Shown here: one piece after another, positions 43,224-54,100 of the stretch
Numbering within the stretch: the first letter of the stretch is position 1
Layout of the letters: each line of letters starts with the position of its first letter
Assembly: GCA_951812735.1 (NCBI GenBank)
Contig: OX638332.1
Location: forward strand, 1,362,508 to 1,426,507
Length of the DNA stretch: 64,000 nt
Direction of reading: 5' to 3'
Source: Candidatus Dadabacteria bacterium
Lineage (GTDB): Bacteria > Desulfobacterota_D > UBA1144 > Nemesobacterales > Nemesobacteraceae
The notes under the pieces: model-generated
What the model saw: only the letters and a program-made list of their open reading frames with translations
What the model was told of the DNA's origin: nothing
The model's database searches: none
Made by a program: the position numbers and the translations under genes

Positions 43224-44891
43224 CTACATGCTTCGGGGAGCGTTTATTCCTAAAAGCCCGAGACCGTTTTCTATGACTACCTGTACGCAGCGGGCCAGGT
43301 AAAGCCTCGCGGATGCCGTATTGGCGTCCTCTGAGTCCAGTATTCTCGTCTTATTGTAATAAAAATGAAACCCGGCCGCCAATTCCTGGAGATAGTAGAC
43401 TACCTTATGCGGGGAAAGCGACTCGGCCGCCGAGTGGACCACATCGGGAAACCTGAGAAGTATTTTCACTATGTTTCTTTCCTCATCGTCTGAAAGAAGG
43501 CCGAGATGTTCCTCCGAAGCGCCCACTCCCGCTTCCGCCGAGTTTCTTAACAGGCTTGAAATTCTCGCGTTTGCGTACTGAACGTAGTAAACGGGATTTT
43601 CGCTTGACTCCTTTTTCGCCAGTGAAAGATCAAAATCAAGATGACTGTCCGAGCTTCTCATCAGCAGGAAAAATCTAGTGGCGTCGCACCCAACTTCGCG
43701 CAGCACTTCGCGAAGCGTAACGAAATCTCCTGTTCTTTTCGACATCGGGACTTCCACTCCATCCCTTACTAGCCTCACAAACTGCATAAGAAGTACCTGC
43801 AGAGAAGATTCATCCAGTCCAAGAGCTTTCATAGATGATTTAAGGCGTGAGACGTGACTGTGATGATCGGCCCCCCAGACGTTTATTATCCAGGAAAAGC
43901 CCCTTGAATATTTATCCATATGGTAGGCTATGTCGGAGAGAAAATAAGTCGGGGCACCGTCTTTTTTTATTATTACCCAGTCCTTGCCGTCCCCGTAGAG
44001 TGAAGCCTTGAACCAGCACGCCTCTTCTTTTTCTTCAACCGCGTCAATATCTTCAAGTCTGGCCAGAGTTTCGCCGATTTTTCCCTTTGCCGCACCACGA
44101 CCGTGTATTTTGGTTCTCTCGCTGTACCAGTTGTCAAAATCCACCCTGAGATCCAGAAGATCGGTCTTTATTTCCTCAAGCAGTTTTGAGTAGGCAAACT
44201 CCCTGCAGAACTCAACGGCCTCTGGTTCATCCCCGGGCACCTCCGGACATTCTTCCGATTCCCTTATTTCCCCCGCCAGTTCGGAGATGTACTCGCCGTG
44301 ATACCCGTCTTCCGGAATCTCTCTCGCGAGTCCGGATAACCGCGCGAGAGCCGAGTACACCGATTCGCCGAGCATGTCCATCTGCCTGCCCGCGTCGTTT
44401 ATGTAAAATTCCCTGGTAACTTCGTATCCGCAAAAGGAGAGTATTCTGCACACCGAATCTCCTACAACGGCGTTTCGCGCGTGGCCGAAATGAAGGTAGC
44501 CTGTGGGATTTGCGCTCACAAATTCCACTAGCACCTTCTGTCCGGAACCTTCACGGGAAGCTCCATACTGCCCGCCGAGACGCAGGATTTCCCGGAGTTC
44601 CGATTCAAACAGGGTTTTATTAACGAAAAAATTGATAAATCCCGGTCCCGCGATATCGAGCTTTTCTATGAAAGTGGACTGACGCTTTTCTATGGCGGCG
44701 ACTATCCGTTTTGCAACTTCGCGCGGATTCTCCCCCGTCATGCTTCCTATTACAAGCGCCGTGTTTGTGGAGAAATCGCCGAATTCCTTTCTTTTCGGCA
44801 CCGACACCTCAAACTCCGTTCCCGTGGGGATTCCGGGAAACTCAAGCGAATCTACGGACTCTTTTATGACTTTTAGTATCTCATCTTTCAT
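43224..44891 (-). CDS. argS: Arginine-tRNA ligase
   Basis: EFVSANPTG.LH.GH.R, GADH, MSKR, YYVQYANAR. Confidence 0.97.
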   Translation of the reverse strand: MKDEILKVIKESVDSLEFPGIPTGTEFEVSVPKRKEFGDFSTNTALVIGSMTGENPREVAKRIVAAIEKRQSTFIEKLDIAGPGFINFFVNKTLFESELREILRLGGQYGASREGSGQKVLVEFVSANPTGYLHFGHARNAVVGDSVCRILSFCGYEVTREFYINDAGRQMDMLGESVYSALARLSGLAREIPEDGYHGEYISELAGEIRESEECPEVPGDEPEAVEFCREFAYSKLLEEIKTDLLDLRVDFDNWYSERTKIHGRGAAKGKIGETLARLEDIDAVEEKEEACWFKASLYGDGKDWVIIKKDGAPTYFLSDIAYHMDKYSRGFSWIINVWGADHHSHVSRLKSSMKALGLDESSLQVLLMQFVRLVRDGVEVPMSKRTGDFVTLREVLREVGCDATRFFLLMRSSDSHLDFDLSLAKKESSENPVYYVQYANARISSLLRNSAEAGVGASEEHLGLLSDDEERNIVKILLRFPDVVHSAAESLSPHKVVYYLQELAAGFHFYYNKTRILDSEDANTASARLYLARCVQVVIENGLGLLGINAPRSM

Positions 44892-44918
44892 GAATTTTCG
44901 TTGCCCTATTTACTCATC

Positions 44919-45533
44919 CTAAGAGCGCAAGTGATCAATATCGTTAAAGGATATTATAATGAACCTGTCGTCGTATATTTCAACGATGGTTTTTGAGGCT
45001 TCATCCACTATGTAGTTGCGTAATTTCTTAAGCGAGTTTCCGGAAAATCTGCAGAGAAGTGTACCTATTACCATATTGTGGCTTACGACTACTATGTTCT
45101 GCGACTCGAAACGGCTTTTGATATCCGCTATGGCGTCAAGGGCTCTTCGCTGAACGCCGCTTAGGGATTCTCCGCCCGGCAACTGCAGGGTTTCCGGGTC
45201 ATTGCGCCAGTGCTCGAGCACGTGAGAATATTCCTCCTGTATATACGAGAAATCAAGGCCTTCGAAAATTCCCTGGTCCATCTCCTGGAGATCATCTCTG
45301 ATGTTAACGTCAACAGAGTGATACTCGGCGATTTTCTCCGCCGTCGTTTTTGCCCTTGTAAGGTCGCTTGAGTATATGCGGTCGATCTTCTCGTCTTTGA
45401 GGGAAAAAGCCACCTTCTCCGCCTGCTCAATTCCGGCGGGATTAAGCGGAACGTCGCTTATTCCCTGGCATCTTCCGGTTTCGTTCCAGTCCGTCTTTCC
45501 GTGTCTTACGAGTATCAGGCGCATGCGAATCAC
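44919..45533 (-). CDS. Histidine phosphatase family protein
   Basis: RHGKTDWN, SSDL.RA, PGGES, VSH. Confidence 0.9.
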   Translation of the reverse strand: MIRMRLILVRHGKTDWNETGRCQGISDVPLNPAGIEQAEKVAFSLKDEKIDRIYSSDLTRAKTTAEKIAEYHSVDVNIRDDLQEMDQGIFEGLDFSYIQEEYSHVLEHWRNDPETLQLPGGESLSGVQRRALDAIADIKSRFESQNIVVVSHNMVIGTLLCRFSGNSLKKLRNYIVDEASKTIVEIYDDRFIIISFNDIDHLRS

Positions 45534-46393
45534 TTCTTGCTCTCACATGAAATGATGAAAAATTCCGATTTTATCCTGTCCCTCAACTCATTTGGGGGAG
45601 GGGGAAGCGGCGAAGCGGAGTTCACGGCCTTTATGCAGTAAGAATCAAACTGAGTATTTCCGGAACTTCTCTCTATTCCCACGTCATATACCTCGCCGCT
45701 CTCTCTCATGTGAAAATTCACCTGGGCATTGAGAAGAATACCGGAATCTATGTTGAGGGGCAGAATAAGGTTTTTCTGTATACGTTTCGATATCGTTTTG
45801 TAATAAACGTCAAGCACAAGGGAGATGAGCCCCGGGCCGGCCTCTTTGGAAGCCGGTTCGGCCGGCGCTTGTGCGGTGGTTTTCTTGATGCTGCTTAAAA
45901 CGGATTCCTTCTTTATGTCCCTGATTACTTCTCTTTTCCCGGATTCAAGGGGGTCTCTCTTGGCGGCGACTTCCTCTTTCTTCGTTTTACTCTCCGTGTT
46001 CTGTGCCGTTTCCTTGGGTGGCGGCGCTGCGGGTTCTTTCGGCTTCTCAGCTTTTGTTTTCGCCGGGGAGGCTTCGGGACTCTCTTTTTTCTTCGCCGCT
46101 ACTGCGTCCGGGCCCGGTTTTTTCTTCTGCGGGGGTTTTGGCTTTTCCTTGGGAGGTTTGCTGATCTTTTTCTTCACATTTTTCTCAGGCTTCGGGGAAC
46201 GGCTGGGAGCTTTCACGCTTGATTTCTTCTTGTCGGCGCGTGGAACCTGGGTAGAAAGTGATACTTCTATTGAGCGCTCGGGGGAAACTTGCCCGTGTCC
46301 CCCGACTCCGAGAGCAAGCAGACAGACGACCAGCAGATGAAGACCCAGGGAAATAAAAAGCCCTTTGCGGTAATGAATCTCTTCTCCCTTCAT
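45530..46393 (-). CDS. TolA/TonB family protein
   Basis: S...H TM anchor, Lys/Pro-rich linker, SSGN..FD...PLPPPP. Confidence 0.85.
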   Translation of the reverse strand: MKGEEIHYRKGLFISLGLHLLVVCLLALGVGGHGQVSPERSIEVSLSTQVPRADKKKSSVKAPSRSPKPEKNVKKKISKPPKEKPKPPQKKKPGPDAVAAKKKESPEASPAKTKAEKPKEPAAPPPKETAQNTESKTKKEEVAAKRDPLESGKREVIRDIKKESVLSSIKKTTAQAPAEPASKEAGPGLISLVLDVYYKTISKRIQKNLILPLNIDSGILLNAQVNFHMRESGEVYDVGIERSSGNTQFDSYCIKAVNSASPLPPPPNELRDRIKSEFFIISCESKK

Positions 46394-46854
46394 CTTTTTA
46401 CATGTCCGCTCTTTTTATCCTTTATGTTTTTTGATTCCGTGACCAGGCTTAGCTTCTCAACGCCGGTTCTTTTTATCTCGTCTATGACTTTTACCAGGAA
46501 TCCGTACTCAACCGATTTATCAGCTCTGAGGAAAACCCGGCCGCTCTCGGGTGTGGTTTTTCCCGTTTTCATTAATTTGGCGAGAGCGTCAGAGATTTCT
46601 GAAAGCGGGTAGCTTGCGTCTTCGAGAAATATGTTTTTGGATCCGGTCACGGTCACGGTTATCCGTTTCTGGTTTTGCACCGGGATCTTGGAAGATGCCG
46701 TCTGCGGAAGGCTCACCTTGATTCCCTGGTAGAGTATGGGAGTGGTGACCATGAAAATAACAAGAAGAACCAGCATTACGTCAACAAACGGAGTGACGTT
46801 TATCTCGGAGAGGACCGACCTGCGCCAGCCAGTATTGAATTTTCCCGTTGCCAT
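46390..46854 (-). CDS. tolR: TolR/ExbD protein
   Basis: EINVTPFVDVMLVLLVIFMVT, LRADK.V.YG. Confidence 0.88.
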   Translation of the reverse strand: MATGKFNTGWRRSVLSEINVTPFVDVMLVLLVIFMVTTPILYQGIKVSLPQTASSKIPVQNQKRITVTVTGSKNIFLEDASYPLSEISDALAKLMKTGKTTPESGRVFLRADKSVEYGFLVKVIDEIKRTGVEKLSLVTESKNIKDKKSGHVKR

Positions 46855-46870
46855 GAGGCAAAATTCCCCG

Positions 46871-47584
46871 TTACCTGTTTAGATATCTTTCTGCCGTGTT
46901 AAGAAATCCGGCACAGAAATTCTCCATTTCCACTTCCATGGCCCTTACCCGGTTGACAAAGTAGTTATACGCTATTGTGGCGGGGATGGCGGCTGCAAGA
47001 CCGATGGCGGTTGCTATAAGCGCCTCTGCGATTCCCGGAGCCACGACCTCAAGCGAGGGGACCCCTTTGCTTCCGGCGAGCCCTATGAAGGAGTTCATAA
47101 TGCCCCACACGGTTCCGAACAGCCCTATGAAAGGGGCTGAACTGCCGGTGGTAGCAAGAAAGACCAGAGATTTCTCGAGTTTTGAAGCCTCTGCGGTCAT
47201 TGCTCTGTTAAGCGCCCTTTCCACGAGGTCTACGGATTCGGCACGGGAAGAGTCTCCATTTGGCTGAGGGTCGAGTTCGCCCCGGTTTTTCTTCTTCTCC
47301 GTTTTCACCACTTCTGCGTAACCCGCCCTGAAAAGTTCGGCGACCGGACCGCCGACTTTCTCCGAGAAGGAAAGAAGCGCTCTCATGTCTTCGTTTGAAT
47401 GATAGAGATTGAGAAACGCGGTCGATTTCTTGGAAGAACTCCTTAGAAGACGGAATTTCGTGTAGATAATTGCCCAGGAAAAAACGGACATGAAGATTAA
47501 AAGCAGAAGCACGACCTTGACCACAGGTCCGGTGCTTACAAGCAGCATTAATATGTTGTTTGATCCTTCCGTGAACAGATTCAT
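46871..47584 (-). CDS. tolQ: TolQ protein
   Basis: APFIGLFGTVWGIM, VAPGIAEALIATA.GL.AAIPA. Confidence 0.9.
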   Translation of the reverse strand: MNLFTEGSNNILMLLVSTGPVVKVVLLLLIFMSVFSWAIIYTKFRLLRSSSKKSTAFLNLYHSNEDMRALLSFSEKVGGPVAELFRAGYAEVVKTEKKKNRGELDPQPNGDSSRAESVDLVERALNRAMTAEASKLEKSLVFLATTGSSAPFIGLFGTVWGIMNSFIGLAGSKGVPSLEVVAPGIAEALIATAIGLAAAIPATIAYNYFVNRVRAMEVEMENFCAGFLNTAERYLNR

Positions 47585-47760
47585 AAAGGGTGCTTAGGTG
47601 AAATCCGAAAACACAGTTCCATCGGTAATTCTTTTCAAGCCATGTCGCGGGCGACACGCGGTCGGATAACCCGATACCGGGCAAAGAGGCAACCGCTGAT
47701 AGAAATCAGACAGAAAGCCCTGATCCTTATATGATACCCGTTTTAGGGAATTAAACATAA

Positions 47761-49004
47761 GGGAATTATCCTTTTTAGTTGACATATCCAAGGACTGTTC
47801 TTGGCCGAGCAGGCCCTACATCAGCCTGCTTCTCTCTCATCCTTCCGACCATGCGGGTTACATTCCCGCCCGCAATCGTGATTCCACGATGAAGGATATT
47901 TATTGCCGCATTTAAGTCCCTGTCCGCTTCGTATCCGCATTCGCACTTATGCGTCCTTACGGACAGGTCTTTCTTTACCGTTGCTCCGCAACTTGAGCAT
48001 TCCTGCGAGGTTTCCTTGGGATTCACCGCCACCATCTTAACGCCAGCACTCTCGGCCTTCTCGTTAAGCAGGGTTATGAACTTGCCCCAAGTCTGCTCTG
48101 ATATGCTCTTTGCCAGATTCTCGTTGCGCAGCATGTTCTTTGTCTTCAGCTTCTCTACCGCTATGAAGTCGTACATCTTGACTATCTCCGAGGTCAGCCT
48201 GTGGAGATAGTCCCTTTCCTTGTCCGATACCCTCTGCCATTCCTTTGCGAGCATGGATGCGGCTTTACGCCTGTTGTTGCCCCCCTTCACCTTGCGGGAC
48301 ACGGAGCGTTGAAGGCGTATCAGTTTCTTGCGATCTATAGTCCGCTTCTCTACAGTCTCCCCGTTGCTCAGCATCAGACGCTTCGATATGCCCATGTCTA
48401 TACCGACGGGATTGCTTACAGGCTTTGCCTCGGGTGTCGGCAGGTCGTAGGACAGGGCAACTTCGGTACGCAAAGGTTTCCTGGTAATTCGTATCGCCTT
48501 AAGCAGGGCATTCGGGGGAAGTTCACGGGAAGGCTTTACCTCAATGCGGGGAAGCCCCTTTACTTTGAGAACCAACTTGTTTCCCTCACGCTTGAGCATT
48601 CGCCAGCACTGGTCGTTTATCTCTATCGAACGCCACCGCCTCCTGCTCTTCCAACGAGGAAAACCGCCATGCTTAAAGAACCGTTTGTAGGCTTTGTCTA
48701 AACGGGATAGAACACCACGGAACACGATGCTGGATATAGCCTCAAACTCCGGCAACTCCGCTCTTACCTGCACAAGTTCCTTGTACTGGTCATAAAGGCT
48801 ACGTCCCTTGCCCGTCTTCTTGTAGCAGTCAATACGGGATTCCAGTCCTGCGTTGTACAGTTCTGCGGATAAGCTGAATATCTCTCCAAGCCTCTCATGC
48901 CCCGTCTTGGATAACCTCACCCTGCACTTGTAAGTCCTTATCATCACTATATTATACCTGCTTTATAATTGGAACCAACCTGTCAACTAAAAAGGATAAT
49001 TCCC
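47761..49004. mobile_element. 1244-bp non-autonomous TIR element (IS1595-like ends) carrying only tnpB
   Basis: Perfect 24-bp TIRs GGGAATTATCCTTTTTAGTTGACA (47761-47784 and 48981-49004); 8-bp direct repeat AAACATAA (47753-47760 and 49005-49012). Confidence 0.9.
47775..48947 (-). CDS. tnpB: TnpB RNA-guided nuclease copy 2, intact
   Basis: RuvC GIDMG / AVEKL / DRDLNAA, Zn finger CSSC...CEC; no tnpA nearby; TATAAT directly before the start suggests a leaderless mRNA. Confidence 0.93.
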   Translation of the reverse strand: MMIRTYKCRVRLSKTGHERLGEIFSLSAELYNAGLESRIDCYKKTGKGRSLYDQYKELVQVRAELPEFEAISSIVFRGVLSRLDKAYKRFFKHGGFPRWKSRRRWRSIEINDQCWRMLKREGNKLVLKVKGLPRIEVKPSRELPPNALLKAIRITRKPLRTEVALSYDLPTPEAKPVSNPVGIDMGISKRLMLSNGETVEKRTIDRKKLIRLQRSVSRKVKGGNNRRKAASMLAKEWQRVSDKERDYLHRLTSEIVKMYDFIAVEKLKTKNMLRNENLAKSISEQTWGKFITLLNEKAESAGVKMVAVNPKETSQECSSCGATVKKDLSVRTHKCECGYEADRDLNAAINILHRGITIAGGNVTRMVGRMREKQADVGPARPRTVLGYVN

Positions 49005-49119
49005 AAACATAACCTTGTTGTCAGGACTTCCTGTCTTTTATCAAGCTTAAATTTTATGTATATAGCGAATTTCTTTTTTTTAAGATTCCTCCCTGGTTTT
49101 TCTTCTTTAACATTTCCTT

Positions 49120-49507
49120 CTACGCGGCATCCGGAAGAGGCTTTCTGAACTCCTTGTCAAAGAGCTCTCCTTTTTCCAGGATGACGCGGGCGACGAACAA
49201 AAGACGGTCGCACACAGTACGAACGGATCTGCAGTAACCATGACCTTTTCCCCGAAGCTCTTCGTACTTGGTCCTGCTTACCGGATCATGCTTTACGGCT
49301 ACCCCTCCCAGAACATGAAACGCGGCTGAGAGGCTCTTGCACACAGCCCTTCGCTTTATGACCAGCTTTGTCTTGCCCGATTGTCTCGTCACCGGAGCCG
49401 TACCGCCGAGACACCGAATTGCCTCGAAGTCCCGACGGCGCACAAGACTCCATGCCTCGGCCACAAGCGTCGCGAGCACTACAGTCCCCACGCCCGGAAT
49501 GGATCGG
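49120..49507 (-). pseudogene. IS110 recombinase, C-terminal fragment
   Basis: RSIPGVGTVVLATL...APVTRQSGK (catalytic Ser); rejoins 55860-56724 in frame once the insert and one ATCGG copy are removed. Confidence 0.9.
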
Positions 49508-49531
49508 TATAGTTTAAAAGCTACTTTTGCC

Positions 49532-50862
49532 CACTGCTGTCCCGACGTTTTGAGCTAAGTGTGTTATAACCGGCTGATTACAAACATAAAACAGCCGTTA
49601 AGAGATGCGGCTGACTTGAAGTCCAAAATCCGTTTTCCCATGATATCTGTACCTATCAGCATAACAGGAGACAGATATCATGTACACGGGGAAACTGGTT
49701 TTCACACAGCTCATGGATCATCTTCCGTGGGACACTTTCCACAGATACGTAAAACGTTATAACGGCAATCACAAAGTCAAATCATTTTTCTGCGCAGAAC
49801 AATATCGCTGCATGGCTTTCGCCCAGCTTACCTGCAGAGAGAGCCTTCGCGACATAGAAACCTGTCTCCGCGCCCAAGTCAAAAGACTCTACCACATGGG
49901 AATCACAAGCGGCATCTCACGCAGCACCCTCGCTGTCGCGAACCAGAATCGCAACTGGCACATCTACGCGGATTTCGCACAGCACCTTATCCGCAAAGCC
50001 CGCCTGCTCTATCGTGATGACGACAATGGGCTGGATATTCCCGACACTGTCTACGCACTGGATTCTTCCACCATAGACCTCTGCCTTAACCTGTTTCCGT
50101 GGGCCCGGTTCCGAAGAACAAAATCAGCGGTAAAACTCCATACCCTCCTTGACCTGCGTGGCTATATCCCCGCTTTCATTCACATTTCCGACGGTAAACT
50201 CCATGATGTCAATCTCCTTGACCAACTTGTTCCCGAACCCGGGGCCTTTTATGTTATGGATCGAGCCTACCTCGACTTCACTCGCCTGTATCGCCTCCAC
50301 CAGTCTCTGTGCTTCTTCGTTCTGCGAACCAAAAAGAACACACGGTATCGCCGTACCGACTATCGCAAAGTGGACCGTTCCACAGGACTTGTCTGTGACC
50401 ACACAATTAAACTGACAGGAACAAAGAGCATCAAAGATTTCCCACAACCCCTGCGGGTAGTAAAGTATCGGGACAAGGAGCGTAACAAGACCCTCACTTT
50501 CATCACAAACAATTTCTCGCTTCCTTCCATTACCATCTGCGAACTGTATCGGAACCGCTGGCATGTTGAACTGTTTTTCAAGTGGATCAAGCAACATCTT
50601 AGAATCAAGAGTTTTTACGGTCTATCGGAGAACGCCGTAAAATCTCAGATATGGATTGCGGTCTCGGTATATGTGCTTGTTGCGATTATCAAGAAGCGGC
50701 TTGCACTTGAGCAAAGTTTCCACACAATTTTACAGACTTTGAGCCTTACTCTGTTTGAAAAAATCCCGTTAAATCAGCTACTTACAACAGAACTGGATTT
50801 TTCTCCCGACCTCATGTATCGTAACCAACTGGAATTGTTTGATTAACATCAAGACACTAGTG
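49532..50862 (+). mobile_element. IS4 family insertion sequence
   Basis: Imperfect IRs CACTGCTGTCCCGACGTT and AACATCAAGACACTAGTG; no TSD visible. Confidence 0.85.
49680..50846 (+). CDS. IS4 family transposase
   Basis: SLRDIE, ALDSSTIDL, MDRAY, Y..RW.VELFFKWIKQ (YREK). Confidence 0.95.
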   Translation: MYTGKLVFTQLMDHLPWDTFHRYVKRYNGNHKVKSFFCAEQYRCMAFAQLTCRESLRDIETCLRAQVKRLYHMGITSGISRSTLAVANQNRNWHIYADFAQHLIRKARLLYRDDDNGLDIPDTVYALDSSTIDLCLNLFPWARFRRTKSAVKLHTLLDLRGYIPAFIHISDGKLHDVNLLDQLVPEPGAFYVMDRAYLDFTRLYRLHQSLCFFVLRTKKNTRYRRTDYRKVDRSTGLVCDHTIKLTGTKSIKDFPQPLRVVKYRDKERNKTLTFITNNFSLPSITICELYRNRWHVELFFKWIKQHLRIKSFYGLSENAVKSQIWIAVSVYVLVAIIKKRLALEQSFHTILQTLSLTLFEKIPLNQLLTTELDFSPDLMYRNQLELFD

Positions 50863-51048
50863 ATTTCCGGTAATCTCGCACTGACCGAAGCCAAAAAAAC
50901 AAGTAGCAATTATATGGCGATTTTAGCGATTTTATAGCGCTTAAGAAATGATCTTGCCAAGAAAATCAGAGAAAAAACCCAGAAAAAAGCAACAATATTC
51001 AGGGCGTTAAGCGAAAATAACACGAGCGCCACTAAATCGCTACTTTTG

Positions 51049-51118
51049 TTTTGAAGGGACATTTTGAAGGGACAAGAAAACCAAGTAACTACAAGGAGTT
51101 ATGAAGGGACAAGGGACA
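51049..51118. repeat. Short direct repeats (TG)AAGGGACA x4
   Basis: Copies at about 51052, 51065, 51102 and 51111. Confidence 0.8.
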
Positions 51119-51855
51119 GCCGCAATTCTCAGGCAGCTTAAGTCAGTTACTTAATTTTTAATGTGAGACTACCACCTGAGGGCGGCTCATCTGCAGGACG
51201 AAGTATCGGTTCACCTACAATTTAACGAACTTGATCGTTAGAGACGCTTTTGTTGTCGGCACAAGCATTGACCACCCGCATTCCGATCCTGAGTCCATCT
51301 ACGGTCTTGAGCGCGTGAGAGCCGAAGCCCCCGGCTACCGACCATCGGGATGGTTGTTTTTTTAGGGGCACTTAAGCTTTACGGAAAAGAAGAGAGGAAC
51401 TTCGAGAAATTCTGGGAGGTTAACAGGGAGAACTACAGAGCAACCATTCAGCTGGTTGTGGCCCTAGTCTCAGAATCGACGCGCCTTAAAGCCACGAGGG
51501 CTGTGTGTATCCCGGTAACATTGATGAGAAAAGGTTTTTGAAGGAAATGGTTTGAAAAGGAACAGCAGGAATGCGTGGCCAACCACCAATAGAACAGGGT
51601 CCAGGCGGGCAGTTGTAACCTTTACTGTTCACGCTTGGCCACCTCAATCCACAAGCATCCAGAGGATGGTGTCTTTCTAGTCTTAAATGGCTGTTTAGAG
51701 ACCCTCAAAAGACCTTTAAACGGCCATTAACTCCCCCTTGAAAATTAAAAATGAGCTGCTTATAATCCGTTTTTTTGTAACCACCCATCCTTGCTTTCGT
51801 GGGTTTTGTGGTAATTTCATGTTATAAGTTTGGCAAGATCATTTTTTCCGTTATA

Positions 51856-52234
51856 ATTGAAGCGACGGGGGACAGCCCAGTTCAGACCCCCCTCCAGGTG
51901 CCGACCACCACCGTCGTAGGGGGCAAGGAGGATCTGAGCTCAGTGGACGACTGGCCGTACGTGGACGTATCGTTCCCCTCCTCTTATAACCCGCCGACGA
52001 ACTTCGGCTGGCTGCGAATAGACGTGGATTTCCAGTATATGGGGCAGAGTGCGTACGAGCAGGTCATACACAATAAAGGCGCTGGGGAACGGGCTTAAAA
52101 CAACCAGCGTCAGGCTGAGACCTGCTGGTGCTCCGAGCAACCGGCTCCAGCTCTCGATGCGGGCAGTCGTCACGATTGAGGTCAGGGCTGTACCGTCGGG
52201 AACCGCGTCTATTGAAAGAACCGTGACCACGTAA
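51856..52234 (+). pseudogene. Probable 3' gene remnant truncated at the mini-element end, apparently frameshifted
   Basis: Protein-like sequence in ORF 51799-52098 continues in ORF 52049-52234; starts at the junction and is followed by a terminator. Confidence 0.4.
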
Positions 52235-52253
52235 GAACACACCATTCTTGTTC

Positions 52254-52286
52254 AGCGCGGGGATTCGCTGGCTCCCCGCGCTTTTA
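52254..52286. terminator. GC-rich hairpin terminator between convergent ORFs
   Basis: AGCGCGGGGA-ttcgctggc-TCCCCGCGCT followed by TTT. Confidence 0.75.
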
Positions 52287-52301
52287 ATCAATCCATTATG
52301 C

Positions 52302-52685
52302 TTATCGCTTGCCTAAATCCTCAGATTCATCCTCAACAGATGCAATGCATGTACCAAAACTTGCCATGACTTCATCATCACCAAGCGTTCCGTCGCCATT
52401 TTTGTCAAAACCCACCCGCGTTGTAGTTCCGGTTAAACCCTCATCGCAGTTCTTGTTGTCTGAAAATACAGCCAAAGCTGCAAGCTCTTTCGATCGCTCT
52501 ACTCCAGTGCCGCCTATTACGTATTCTTCCTTGCCATCGCCGCAAAGCCCTCTCGCGTCTGCTATAACCGCGGACTGGTCTTTCTGGTCGGCGCAGAAGA
52601 TGACCTCACCGGCCAGTGAATCGCCAGCACCGATAAACGTCGCTAATACTGAAAACGTTAATATTGAAATTGCTATCTTTTTCAT
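52302..52685 (-). CDS. Small secreted Cys/Asp-rich protein
   Basis: Signal peptide; DKNGDGTLGDDE EF-hand-like loop; AGGAG RBS. Confidence 0.7.
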   Translation of the reverse strand: MKKIAISILTFSVLATFIGAGDSLAGEVIFCADQKDQSAVIADARGLCGDGKEEYVIGGTGVERSKELAALAVFSDNKNCDEGLTGTTTRVGFDKNGDGTLGDDEVMASFGTCIASVEDESEDLGKR

Positions 52686-52735
52686 TTCTTATCTCCTTTG
52701 TTTTTTATTTAACGCAAAACGCCTCGTTGCTGTCC

Positions 52736-53956
<1,221 letters not shown>

Positions 53957-54059
53957 AATTTCCTCCAGATAATCCTTTATAAATTCAGAAGATAAAACTC
54001 CTGCCCCCTATCGTAAAAAAAGAATATCGGCTTTTTTTAATCTGCAACCACCACCCCAG

Positions 54060-54089
54060 ATTCTATTTTCCCTCCCCCCGACTTGTCAA
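54060..54089 (-). promoter_or_regulatory. sigma70-like promoter of the pentapeptide-collagen gene
   Basis: TTGACA-N18-TAGAAT on the - strand. Confidence 0.55.
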
Positions 54090-54100
54090 GACATTTTTTC

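Noticed and set aside
47640..47725. Several small hairpins upstream of tolQ as an ncRNA or riboswitch
   Set aside because: Stems are short and match no family I recognise; insufficient support.
48964..48974. TATAATTGGAA shared at 12788, 48964 and 56966 as a possible TnpB guide-target link
   Set aside because: Only 11 nt, built on a -10 hexamer; the guide boundary and TAM are unknown, so promoter convergence explains it equally well.
51049..51118. AAGGGACA repeats as a CRISPR array
   Set aside because: Repeats are too short and irregularly spaced; no cas genes are present.
51350..51541. 63-aa ORF inside mini-element A
   Set aside because: No RBS or recognisable motif; probably degraded sequence.
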